Assembly: GCA_051294375.1 (NCBI GenBank)
Contig: CM119264.1
Location: forward strand, 28,185,225-28,249,224
Length of the DNA stretch: 64,000 nucleotides
Origin: Paraspadella gotoi
Taxonomy: Eukaryota; Animalia; Chaetognatha
Reading direction: 5' to 3'
The notes below the pieces were generated by a model, which searched no databases, was not told the origin of the DNA, and was given only the letters and a program-made list of their open reading frames with translations. Shown piece after piece: positions 1-13,364 of this stretch (its first letter is position 1; the number at the start of each line of letters is the position of its first letter). The position numbers and the translations under genes are program-made.

Positions 1-1004
1 GAGAGAGAGAGATCTATTAAAACAAGCTCTGCTTTTGAAGCGAGATGACCCGCCTTGTATTGTTATTCTGAAAATTTGATGATAAATTTTAATTTTTCAT
101 TCATTTAATAACTAAGCTATCTTGCCCCTTACTTTGGACAGGCTATGGTTATTACAAAGTAATAGCATAGCAGCATATCAAGACTATCTCACAATCTAGT
201 TTATTCACTCCCGGTGCACCTGACTTCCCTAACAATAAAATGGTATAATATTTCAAATCATGTCTCCGTTGTATAAAAGGGCCATTCCCTTAAGTTTTTT
301 TTTCTCGAAACATTAGCAATTTCTTTTCGTTTTTAGTGAACGTAAATCTATATTTCTTTATATATATATAGTCTAGTTTTATTCTTTAATAAAAATATTT
401 TCATTCCCGGTTTTATGGAGTTAGACAAGCAAAGTGACTTTCAGAGTCACCAACCTCTTCTCNNNNNNNNNNNNNNNNNNNNNNNNNNNNNNNNNNNNNN
501 NNNNNNNNNNNNNNNNNNNNNNNNNNNNNNNNNNNNNNNNNNNNNNNNNNNNNNNNNNNNNNNNNNNNNNNNNNNNNNNNNNNNNNNNNNNNNNNNNNNN
601 NNNNNNNNNNNNNNNNNNNNNNNNNNNNNNNNNNNNNNNNNNNNNACGTCAAGTCTCGCCTCGTCAATTCCAGTTCTGATTTGAGTTTCGGGATCAGTGG
701 TTGAAGAGCAGCCGGGGGTCGCGTTTTAGGAATGAAGGGGCAAAGGGGTCGCGATATCTTTAACGTGGAGGGAAATGGGGTCGATATTTCTAATTGGAGA
801 AGACGACATTTTTTATTTTTTATTTAAACATTCAAACATGGTTTTATGTATAAACAAACGAAGGTGACGGGCCTTAGCGTTTTTCTCGGCGCGTCGACGA
901 CTCACCTTTTCAAATTTTCAAATTTTCCCGCGCTTTTGATTCTCTTTCTGGCGTCAAACCAATTTTCTCCTTGTCTTCACTTTGCCATCTTTTCTTTGAC
1001 GCCC

Positions 1005-1231
1005 GGCAATGGCGATGGCAATGCCGATTGCAATGGTGATGGCAATGGCGATGGCAATTGCAATGGTGATGGCAATGGCGATGGTAATGCCAATTGGAAC
1101 GGTGATAGCAATGCCAATTGTAATGGTGATGGCAATGGCGATGGCAATTGCAATGGTGATGGCAATGGCGATGGTAATGCCAATTGGAACGGTGATGGCA
1201 ATGCCAATTGCAATGGTGATGGCAATGGCAA
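1005..1231. repeat. Hexamer-based minisatellite (GGCAAT/GGCGAT/GGTGAT) with a 90-bp higher-order unit present twice (1041-1130, 1131-1220)
   Basis: Direct comparison of the two 90-bp units shows near identity. Confidence 0.85.
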
Positions 1232-1865
1232 TCCCATCGTCTCGATTTTTTTTTCAGCTTTTGATCGAAAAGTCTTCACCTCAGCGTCAAAATAAATGTT
1301 TTGCCATCTATGTCACTTTTGCATTTTACTTACACACGCGCAAACTCACACAAATAGACACATACACACTCCACACATTTTATCACACTTTTTATCACTC
1401 TTTTTATCTCGACATCTTTCTGTTCCATTCTTCAAATTCTTCCTGTGATACTCACCTTCCATTTTATGTCCCTTTCTTTCCCATCCACNNNNNNNNNNNN
1501 NNNNNNNNNNNNNNNNNNNNNNNNNNNNNNNNNNNNNNNNNNNNNNNNNNNNNNNNNNNNNNNNNNNNNNNNNNNNNNNNNNNNNNNNNNNNNNNNNNNN
1601 NNNNNNNNNNCTCAACGACAAAAACAACGAATGAAAATACCAATCACATTAACCTACGGGGGAAAAACAATCCAAAAAAATCAAAACAAGACAATTTTTT
1701 TTTTTCATCGCCGACAACTTATTTCGGATTTACTCGTTTCATGCATTGTCTATCATTTATTCTAATTAAAATCCAACTGTTGGTTTGTCTATCTTTTGAT
1801 CAATGATTTATCAGTTCTTCTCAGATTTTAACCATGAACCCTTCCCATAGAATCTTCGTGGGCAA

Positions 1866-2403
1866 GACCACAGCGACGACCACACCGACGACCTCAACGA
1901 CCACGCCGACGACCACATCGAAGACCACACCGACGACCACAACGACGAACACAACGACTACCACAACGACCACACCGTCGATCACATCTAAGACCACACC
2001 GACGTACAACCCGACGACCACAACGACGACCACAATGACGACTACATCGAAGTCCACACCGATGACCACAACGATGACCAAACCGAAGATCACAACGACG
2101 ATCACAACGATGATCACAACGACGACCACAATGACGACCACAGTGATGACCATACCAATGACCACAACGACGACCACAATGACGATCACAACGACGACCA
2201 CAATGACAACAACAAAGACGCCGACAAGTACAACCACATCGAAAACCACATCGAAGACCACAATGAAGACCACAACTAGGACCACACTGAATGAAGACCA
2301 AACCGACCCCCACAACGACAACCACAACGACGACTACATCGAAGTCCACACCGACGACCACAACGACGACCACAAAAATAAAACCACACCGACGACCAAC
2401 GAC
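1866..2403. repeat. Degenerate ACN/GAC trinucleotide-derived satellite with ~12-bp ACGACGACCACA-like units
   Basis: Repeated acgacgaccaca variants; source of the spurious poly-Thr and poly-Val ORFs. Confidence 0.8.
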
Positions 2404-2474
2404 GAAATGTTGTACTTATCGATCGTTCGATGAAAAGAAGCGGCCAACCATTCATCTCAGAACTCAAGTACAAA

Positions 2475-2507
<33 letters not shown>

Positions 2508-4413
2508 NNNNNNNNNNNNNNNNNNNNNNNNNNNNNNNNNNNNNNNNNNNNNNNNNNNNNNNNNNNNNNNNNNNNNNNNNNNNNNNNNNNNNNNNNNNNN
2601 NNNNNNNNNNNNNNNNNNNNNNNNNNNNNNNNNTCTCTCTCTCTCTCTCTCTCGTCATCATCTCTCCTAGAGAGCTTCCGTTTGATTATCTTTTGCGAAG
2701 ATAAAAGGACCCAATGTAATTTTCTAAGATCCTTTTCTTCTCCCCTTCCTCCTCTTCCTCTTCCTCCTCCTCTTCCTCTAGGGGTCAGTTGACTTAAGAG
2801 TATCACTTTTCGACGTCCGCTTCTCGCCCAACCCCTTTTCTAGACGCCCCCCCTCTTCTTCTCCTCCTTCTCCTCCCACTCCTCATCTACTTACCGGTGG
2901 GTCAGTCCGAACTTTCCGACCAAATAAATGTTTATTCCTTTTCTTTTTTTCTTTTTCTATTTTATTTTTCTATTTTCTTTTTCTATCTTTTCTTTTCTTT
3001 TTCTTTTTATCTTTGTTGGTCTTTACGTTCGCGACTCTGAGAGAGAGAAAAATCTTGTTGAGAATATTGAAAAACATCGAGCTAAAATCAAGCTGACCTC
3101 TCTCCCTCTCTCTCTCTCTCTCTNNNNNNNNNNNNNNNNNNNNNNNNNNNNNNNNNNNNNNNNNNNNNNNNNNNNNNNNNNNNNNNNNNNNNNNNNNNNN
3201 NNNNNNNNNNNNNNNNNNNNNNNNNNNNNNNNNNNNNNNNNNNNNNAGAGAGCGAGAGAAGGAGAAAGAAAGACTGATGCGGGATGAGAGAGAAAAGAAA
3301 AAATCTCTCTCTCACTCTCACTCTCTCTCGCTCTCGCTACATCCCTTTCAGCGCCCTGGATTCATAACCCGTAACCCCATAAATCTTCAACATAGAGTCT
3401 GAAGGTTTTTTTCGAAAATAAAAAAAAAGAATTCTTTTTCATTTTGTCGAAATATTTTTCGTTTGAAAAAAAAAATCATTTNNNNNNNNNNNNNNNNNNN
3501 NNNNNNNNNNNNNNNNNNNNNNNNNNNNNNNNNNNNNNNNNNNNNNNNNNNNNNNNNNNNNNNNNNNNNNNNNNNNNNNNNNNNNNNNNNNNNNNNNNNN
3601 NNNNNNNNNNNNNNNNNNNNNNNNNNNNNNNNNNNNNNNNNNNNNNNNNNNNNNNNNNNNNNNNNNNNNNNNNNNNNNNNNNNNNNNNNNNNNNNNNNNN
3701 NNNNNNNNNNNNNNNNNNNNNNNNNNNNTCGCTCATTATCGGCTTACGGCTGATTATCAACAAGGACTTTCCTCTCAGCTGAAAAACAAAAGACCAACAA
3801 TTATTTTTTCTTCCTCGTCATCCAAAGTTTAACAATATGAGTCACCGTTATTTTTTTCCCATTAGTTTTTTTCCCACGAGATTTTTAATAATTATTAAAG
3901 ATACAAATAATAAAACGACGTCACAATATCTTACCAATTCTCGCTAAACGAGTCCCGGACTTACAATTATAGTGACTAAACTTAAAGCAATGAAAATCTC
4001 CACCGCGGTTGGCCAATGGCTATGTCTTTCTCTTCAGCCGTAAAAAAGGTTCTCAAAACGGCCGACGGCGAAACGAAAACAGACGCACCTATAAATCAAT
4101 TTTTTTCGTCGCCGTCGTCGTCGTCGTCATCTTCGTCGTTGTCGTCGTCGTCGTCGTAGCTGGGCGGCGCCTACGGTTATTTTCCCACATTTTACGGTCA
4201 TTTCCTCGGACGCATATTCCGCCACCTTCCCCATTTCCAACGCCCCCCTGTGCTAATGTTGTTGTCGTTGTTATCCTCGAAGGTATTGTTGTTATTGTTG
4301 TCGCTCTCTGTTTACTTGACCTCGACCCCGTCACTAACTTCGAGAAGAATTTGCGAGTAGCGATGCGTGTGCGTTGCGTATTTATCTGCAAATAACATCT
4401 CTCTCTCTCTCTC

Positions 4414-4446
<33 letters not shown>

Positions 4447-5416
4447 TCAAATTGTGTTTGCAGACGGACAGGGCCTGATGAGAAGAATTAAGTTAAGTTC
4501 TTTTTTCCTTTTCTTATTTTTTTACCTTTATGTAGTCATATATATATATATATTTTACGTTAAATATTTTAAACTATCAAAATTTGTCACTTGGTATTTC
4601 CTCGCAACTTCATCTTTTAATTTTATTTTTCGACATTTTTCGAATGACTTTTCATCTTCAAGTCACTATTCGTTTAACTCTCCTATTCCTTACCTCCTTT
4701 TTATTTTCCTTTTCTCCTTTTCCTTTTCCTTTTCTCCTTTTCCTTTCCTCCTTTTCCTCTCCTCCTTTTCCTTTTCCTTTTCCTTTTCCTTTTCCTTTTC
4801 CTTTTCCTTACCTCTTACCTCCTTTTTTCTCTCTCGGCTCTTTCTCCTTTTCTCTCTCCTCTCACCTTCATCTCTCCTACCCCTCTTCCTCTCACCTTTC
4901 ACCCTTCTTCTCTCCCACCCCTCTTCCTCTCTCCCCTCCCTTTTCTCTCCCATTCCTCCCCTGAGGTCAAATCTTTTCCCCCCTCAAAAAAAAAAACAAA
5001 TTCGTTTTGATTCGTCTTTTTCGAGATTTGGTCCTCAGGCAAAGACCACCAACGACAACGACGACAACAACAACAACAACAACAACCAAGACGATGAATT
5101 TAACCGCAAGATGAAACCAAAACTCTAGGAAACAACTGTGCAAACAAACAAGAAGAAACCATCAGCTGCCAAAACAGTCTGGATCGCAGAATCGAACGCA
5201 AGATCCGTTGTAGCGAATTTTCTTATCTGAAAAGAAAACTACGACGATGACGACGACGACGATATCGACGATGACGACGACGAGAATGACAACGACAACA
5301 ACAAACGACAACAATAACAACTGCAACGTCCAATATCTAAAGTGTATTCGCCAAATTTTGTTTGTCGATGATTCATCGCTTCGTTGATTTTCGACGGATT
5401 TTTTCAACAGGGAAGA

Positions 5417-5556
<140 letters not shown>

Positions 5557-6920
5557 TTTTTTCCTCTTTTCTCTCCTTATCTATTTCATTGTTTACCTCA
5601 GCTTTTGTTTAAAAATCCTTCTCCGAATTTTCCTTCTCCAATTTCCTCCGCAGCGACAAAGTGGCGCTGCGAACGTCGATTCTGATCTTTTGTTTTCTCT
5701 TGATCCCCGGTTGTCAACACAGCCTTCGTCGTCCTCTCACTCTGGGTATTCGGTCACCCTCTCACTCTCACCCTCTCACTATTTCTCTTCCTCTTCCTCC
5801 TCCACGCCGGAACCTCACCTCTCACGAGATAGAGTGAGGCCCCCTCGGGACGCACTCGGTGAGGCACCCTTGAGGCCCTCTCCTCGGTTCCGTCCTCACG
5901 GGACTTCACAAAAAGGGTGAAGTCGGGTGAGAATTTTGGTTTCACGCGACTGAAAAACCGTGAGAGACGCGGGGATGTTGAGAGAAGGAAAAAGAAGCGG
6001 CGGAAATGGAGAAAGAAGCGGCGGAAATGAAGGAAATTGAAATGGCGATGATGGAAATGGTGGAAAATGGCCCAAAAATGGCGGTAGATATGGTGGAAAC
6101 GAAGAAAGCGAAGTCGGAAATTAGAAAAGTAGTAATGATTTTAATGGTTTAATGATTAAACGATTTTAAGTTTAAATGATATTAATTAGGAATGTAATTC
6201 CTTCACATCCTCTCGGTGCAGTGAGCCCCTGTGAGTCTATCTCACAGCCTCAGCCAACCGATTTTATCGGGAAAAATGTCGCCACATAAACAAATGTTAA
6301 TTTTTTTTCGCATCGTAGTCGTCGTCGTCGTCGTCGTCATCGTTTTCGTCGCTACGCCTTCATCTCCGTCTTTGCGTATTGTCTTTGTCTTTGTCTACGT
6401 TGTCATTAAATGGATTCTCATTTTTTCTTGATCATTGTCATTGTCTGCATCTTCTTCGTCACTGTCACCGTCGTCGACATCGTCGTCGTCTTCATCATCG
6501 TCGTCGCGATCGGACCTAATTCGTTTATTTTTCCTTCCTCCTCGTTATTTCTATTTTTAAAGAGACCATCTCTCTCTCTCTCTCTCTCTCNNNNNNNNNN
6601 NNNNNNNNNNNNNNNNNNNNNNNNNNNNNNNNNNNNNNNNNNNNNNNNNNNNNNNNNNNNNNNNNNNNNNNNNNNNNNNNNNNNNNNNNNNNNNNNNNNN
6701 NNNNNNNNNNNNNNNNNNNNNNNNNNNNNNNNNNNNNNNNNNNNNNNNNNNNNNNNNNNNNNNNNNNNNNNNNNNNNNNNNNNNNNNNNNNNNNNNNNNN
6801 NNNNNNNNNNNNNNNNNNNNNNNNNNNNNNNNNNNNNNNCGCCACATGTTCGTTTGTTATTGACGCCGTCGTTATCGTCGTCGTCGTCGTCTCTCTCAGG
6901 ACTTGTGGCCGTTTTTGTAG

Positions 6921-6972
<52 letters not shown>

Positions 6973-7610
6973 CCATATCGGGTTGTTAGTTTCTGCTGTT
7001 CAATTAAAGTTTATTTACATCGAGTTTTTAGTAAATATTACCCTCCAAAAAATAAAAAAGTTTAAATTTCTAAAAAATGAACAAAACAGAAGTGAAGAAT
7101 GGTGGCGAAAATTTTGGCGTCTCACAACTTCGCAATTTTTTTCCGTATCACACCGTATCACAAAAACACTCTTCCTTCCTTTCACACTTTTCTTTTCACA
7201 CTTCCTTTGTCTTCTCATACTTCCCCGCCGTTAACTCTCACACTATTCTTCCCACACTTTCCCATCCCTTTCCTCCTAATTTCCATACATTCCTCGATCA
7301 CAGGTCGACTCCAAAACTTTCACCATGAGCCGTTAATCCTCAAACTCGAGAGATGGCGCCAAAATCCTTAGACTTTTATTTTCCTCTTTTGCGCCTAATG
7401 GAATCGCCGACGACGACGACGAATATGACGACGATGATGACGACGACGACGACGACGACGACATGACGATGATGGCGACTGAGAGTGACCAAGACACAAC
7501 GACGGAGACATGTACGACGAATGATGACGACGGATCGACGACGACGACAATGACGATGACGATGACGATGATGACGACGACAGTGACCAAGACACAACGA
7601 CAGAGACGAA

Positions 7611-8607
7611 CGATGACGACGATGACGACGGTTAAAAACGACGAAAACGTTAACGATTTAAGAAAAGCTATTACTTTTCTCCAGGATAAAATAATATCGC
7701 TTAGATGTATCTATTTTTTATATTCTTATTCGTCGTTTTTAATGTTTTTAAATTTATTGAGTTAGTACGTAATTATTATTGTTTTCTCATGCGTATTTTA
7801 CGTGTGTCGTGTATCTTTTATGACATCAATGATAATTAACAGCACGAGACTGCGAAAATAAAATAAAACGTTCACAACACGACGACGACGACGACGACGC
7901 GGGTGACGACGACGACGCCCGGTGACGACGACGACGACATCAAAGGGTTTTCTTCCTATTCTCCTCATATTCTAAAAAGACGTAATTTTCTCCCTAATCG
8001 TTCTCGCGCTCGCCACGCCCACAGCGTTACCACCTGATCATCGCTTCTGCCACCTGCTCTTTTTCCCGTTAAGGGACCAGATTCAGCACCTGGCATATTG
8101 CCGTTCGCTGAGCGGCGTTGCCAGTTGCCGGAGAAACTCGATGCCGGGAGAATCGTTGACGAGACGATATATAATCGGGCCGGGAATTGTGAAAGATGCA
8201 ATTGGTGAATGTAAAATATCAGTGTTCATAATCATTATCATTATTGCTTTAAGTTCTAAATCAATGATGATTTGAGGTCGCGTTGATTAAAGAAAATAAT
8301 TTGTGAAACGGTGATTCGTGTGAAAGACATTTGCGCCTATGCCACTCTTGCCAGTCGCCGGATAATAAATAAGGGTTTAATCGTGTGACGCGTGAAAGAA
8401 ATTAAAGAGCGAAACTGTGAAGAGGTAAAAAATGTAGAATCACCTTCCAGACAGAGAACTTGGCCAAAGACCAAATTACACAAAAGGCTTTTTTCCAGCG
8501 CAATCAGGAATTGAGCCAAAAGAAAAATTGGTTTCATGAAATTCCAAATGATTAGAGTATGTTACATAGATTAAGGTTGTTATAGTAATTGTTAAAAAGT
8601 CCTCTCT

Positions 8608-8679
<72 letters not shown>

Positions 8680-11259
8680 AATTCCGGTCGAGATTCTTTA
8701 AAAAGAATCAATTAACCGCGTGAACTCGAACTTCGTCCCGACGAATAAACGTGAGCCAAACCCTAAATGCCTCCGTGCCGCTCGCCGCGCCGCGCCGCCC
8801 GCCGCCAACGACTCCTCGGAAGAAACAGAAAGAAAAAAAAACATAAAAAACAACAGCAGAAAACAGCAGCTTGCCCCGCCAAGCACCAGAAAGCGAGGGC
8901 GCCCGTTCGCCTTATTGATTTTTCATCCTCAGGTCGAGAGTTCGATTCTCACATCGACGTGACTTGGATACTTATTAAATATAATTTAACATTATCTATT
9001 AAACTAGCCTTCTATGAGTCTTTTCTTCGTAAAGTATTAAAGTTATGGTGGAGAGAATACTTTTGTATTTGTCTCGAAACTGTTATTACTCATATCGAAC
9101 CAGCACTTAATACCAAATAATTATATTAAATAAATGCCCCCTCAGCCCCAACGCATCATTTCGCTCACTCACTCTCTCTTCCGCCCCCCCGCCACACCTC
9201 ACCGCCGCCCCCGAAAACATAAAACTTTCCCTTCGCGTGGTGGGATCCCCGAAAACATTTCCCCGAGTAATTAACAACAGCAGCGAGGAAACCGCGGAAG
9301 AGCCGGCTCTTGTTTTTCCTTCCTTCCCTCCCCACCCCCTTAACCTATCTTTTAACTATCCAACCTCAAAATCAAATTTTATTCTATTCTATTTTATATA
9401 GTTCTGATTCTTTCTATAAATTGGTACAACCCATATAAAAATCTATCCATTCATTTAATAATAAGCTATTGCTGACTTTGGACAGGCTTGGTGGTTTAAG
9501 GCCTCCATCACTCTTACAATATTTAATGACATAGCAGGTCCTTGCAAGCTTTCAATCAAGACTCTCTCACAGTCTCGTTTATTCACCCCAGAGTACCCGG
9601 TTTTCTTTCAATGAAATTATATTATTATTATATTCTGCCCAGGCAACAAAATACTCATCAACAATACTAGAATATTGCTATTCTATCCCCCGCTTATTCC
9701 CCTCAACTTTCACCTTATAACCTCTTTAATCTAATTTCCCCTACCTGCCCTGCCCCGCCCGCCCTGCCCTGCCCTGTGCCCTGCCCTTTCCTCCCTTCTA
9801 CCCTCCTACCTTCCCTCACCCAACAAATAACAGGTTCGCTTTGAATTTACCCAAAATTTCTCTTTTTTTTTCTTCTTAAACTTTCGCCACCCATGAATTT
9901 ATGGGGAGGGGGAAAGTTCAAACCACCTCCATCACCTTTCAATCGCTAAAGATTTAAAGTTTTGTCGCTTCGCTCGCGTGGTAATATAGATTCCTATCAA
10001 AAGTTTAATTAGTCTGACTTTCAGATCCAAAGAAATGTTTTAAAAACCTCTGAAAATTGGTCCATTTCCTTTAGTTTATTATGAGCTTCAACTGTTTACT
10101 TACCACATACCCCCCGATTCTCATTACCTGTTTTGATGTATCTGATGTATGATGCTGAGTGTAGACCTGATGTAGATCTTGTGATTATTGAACTAAAGGC
10201 AAGAATTTCGTCAAAGTTCACGTTTGTGAAAATTATTAAATCTTCTCTCTTTTTNNNNNNNNNNNNNNNNNNNNNNNNNATGACGACGATGACGACGTTA
10301 AAAACGACGAAAACGTTAACGATTTAAGAAAAGCTTATTACTTTTCTCCAGGATAAAAATAATATCGCTTTTAGGGATGTATCTATTTTTTATATCTTAT
10401 TCGTCGTTTTTAATGTTTTTAAATTTATTGAGTTTAGTTACGTAATTATTATTGTTTTCTTCATGCGTATTTAACGTGTTCGTGGTATCTTTTATGACAT
10501 CAATGATAATTAACAGCACGAGACTGCGAAAATAAAATAAAACGTTCACAACGACGACGACGACGACGACGACGCCGGTGACGACGACGACGCCGGTGAC
10601 GACGACGACGACATCAAAGGCGTTTTCTTCCTCATTCTCCTCATATTCTAAAAAGACGTAATTTTCTCCCTAATCGTTTTCTCGCGCTCGCCACGCCCAC
10701 AGCGTCTACCACCTGATCATCGCTTCTGCCACCTGCTCTTTTTCCCGTTAAGGGGCCAGATTCAGCACCTGGCATTTGCCGTTCGCTGAGCGGCGTTTGC
10801 CAGTTGCCGGAGAAACTCGATGCCGGGAGAATCGTTGACGAGACGATATAATAATCGGCGCCGGGAATTGTGAAAGATGCAATTGGTGAATGTAAAATAT
10901 CAGTGTTCATAATCATTATCATTATTGCTTTAAGTTCTAAATCAATGATGATTTGAGTCGCGTTGATTAAAGAAAATAATTGTGAAACGGTGATTCGTGT
11001 GAATGACATTTGCGCCACATGCCACTCTTGCCAGTCGCCGGATAAAATAAGGGTTTTATCGTGTGACGCGTGAAAGAAATTAAAGAGCGAAACTGGTAGA
11101 ATCACCTTCCAGACAGAGAACTTGGCCAAAGACCAAATTACAAAAAAGGCTTTTTTCCAGCGCAATCAGGAATTGAGCCAAAATGAAAAATTGGTTTCGA
11201 TGAAATTCCAAATGATTAGAGTATGTACATAGATTAAGGGTTGTTATAGTAATTGTTAA

Positions 11260-11320
<61 letters not shown>

Positions 11321-11410
11321 ATTCCGGTCGAGATTCTTTAAAAAGAATCAATTAACCGCGTGAACTCGAACTTCGTCCCGACGAATAAACGTGAGCCAAA
11401 CCCTAAATTT

Positions 11411-11453
<43 letters not shown>

Positions 11454-13090
11454 ACGACTCCTCGGAAGAAACAGAAAGAAAAAAAACATAAAAACAACAG
11501 CAGAAAACAGCAGCTTGCCCCGCAGCACCCAGAAAGGCGAGGGGCGCCCGTTCGCCTTATTGATTTTTCCATCCTCAGGTCGAGAGTTCGATTCCCACAT
11601 CGAGTGACTTTGGATACTATTAAATATAATTTAACATTACTATTAAACTAGCCTTCTATGAGTCTTTTCTTCGGAAAGATTTAAAGTTATGGTGGAGAGA
11701 ATACTTTGTATTTGTCTCGAAACTGCTTTATTTACTCATATCGAACCAGCTTACTTAATACCAATATGAATTAATTATTAAAATTGCCCCCGCCCCAACC
11801 ATCACTTCGCTCACTCACATCTCTCTTCCGCCCCCCCCCCACACCTCACCGCCCGCCCCCGAAAACATAAAACTTTCCCTTCGCGTGGGAGGGATCCCCG
11901 AAAACATTCCCCGAGTAATTAACAACCAGCATGGAGGAAACCCGAAAGAGGCCGGCTCTTGTTTTTCTTCTTTCCTCTCCCCACCCCAAACCTACCTCTC
12001 TCTCTATATCTTTTAACTATCCAACCTCAAATCAAATTCTATTCTTTCTATTTTATATAGTTCTATTCTATTCTATCTATATTAATATATCAGAATTGTA
12101 CAACCAATATAAAAATCATCCATTCATTTAATAAATAAGCTATTGACTTTGGACAGGCTTGGTGGTTTAAGGCCTCCATCACTCTTACAAGATTTAATGA
12201 CATAGCAGGTCCTGCAAGCTTTCAATCAAGACTCTCTCACAGTCTCGTTTATTCACCCCCAGAGTACCCGGTTCCCTTCAATGAATATATTATATTATAT
12301 TATATTCGCCCAGCAAAAATACTCATCAAAATACTAGAATATTCTATTCTATCCCTGCTTATTCTTAATAAATAGTAATATCCTCTTTTTATATCTAATC
12401 TATCCCTGCTTATTTCTAAATAATAGTAATATTCCTGCTTTTTATTTTCATCGCTCAGATAATCATCTCTAATGCCCAAAATAACCCTAACCTACTAACC
12501 ACTAACCTTACTACCCTTTCCCGCCTCAACTTTCACTTAACTCTCAATCTTTTTCTCCCTACCCTGGCCCTGGCCGCCGCCCGCACTGCCCTCCCCGACC
12601 TGCCCTGCCACTGCCCTGCCGCTTCCCTCCATTCTCCGCTGCGCTTACCTATCGCCGTCACCCAAATAAATACAGGTTCGCTTTGAATTTTACCCAAAAA
12701 ATTTCTCTTTTTTTTTCTTCTTTAAACTTTCGCCACCCATGAATTTTCATGGGGGGAGGGGGGAAAGTTCAAACCACCTCCATCACCTTTCAATCGCTAA
12801 AGATTAAAGTTTGTTCGCTTCGCTCGCGTGTAATATAGATTTCCTAATCAAAAGTTTAATTAGTTCTGACTTTCAGATCCAAGAAATGTTTTAAAAACCT
12901 CTGGAAAATTGGTCCGATTTCCTTTTAGTTTATTATTGAGCTTCAACTTTTACTTACCCACATACCCCCCGATTCTCATTACCTGTTTGATGTATCTGAT
13001 GTAGATCTGATGTAGACCTGATGTAGATCTTGTGATTATTGAACTAAAGGCAAGAATTTCGTCAAAGTTCACGTTGTGAAAATTTTAAAA
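7611..13090. repeat. Tandem duplicate of a ~2.7-kb non-coding segment (7611-10254 and 10280-13090) separated by a 25-N gap
   Basis: Colinear copies that differ mostly by single-base indels and abut a short N gap, typical of an overfilled gap. Confidence 0.85.
9455..9600 (+). repeat. ~150-bp interspersed repeat (ACTTTGGACAGGCTTGGTGGTTTAAGG...TCAAGACTCTC...GTTTATTCAC)
   Basis: Related copies at ~110-230 (+), 12135-12275 (+), 56545-56695 (+), and on the - strand at 35540-35685, 48610-48760 and 61540-61700. Confidence 0.7.
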
Positions 13091-13094
13091 AGAG

Positions 13095-13364
<270 letters not shown>

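Noticed and set aside
1821-2433. Mucin-like Thr-rich 199-aa ORF
   Set aside because: Translation of a degenerate trinucleotide satellite; similar GAC/ACG runs occur throughout non-coding DNA here and no splice or domain support exists.
7611-13090. Real segmental duplication containing a 174-aa - strand ORF
   Set aside because: Copies flank a 25-N gap and differ by indels that break the ORF differently; no domain recognised.
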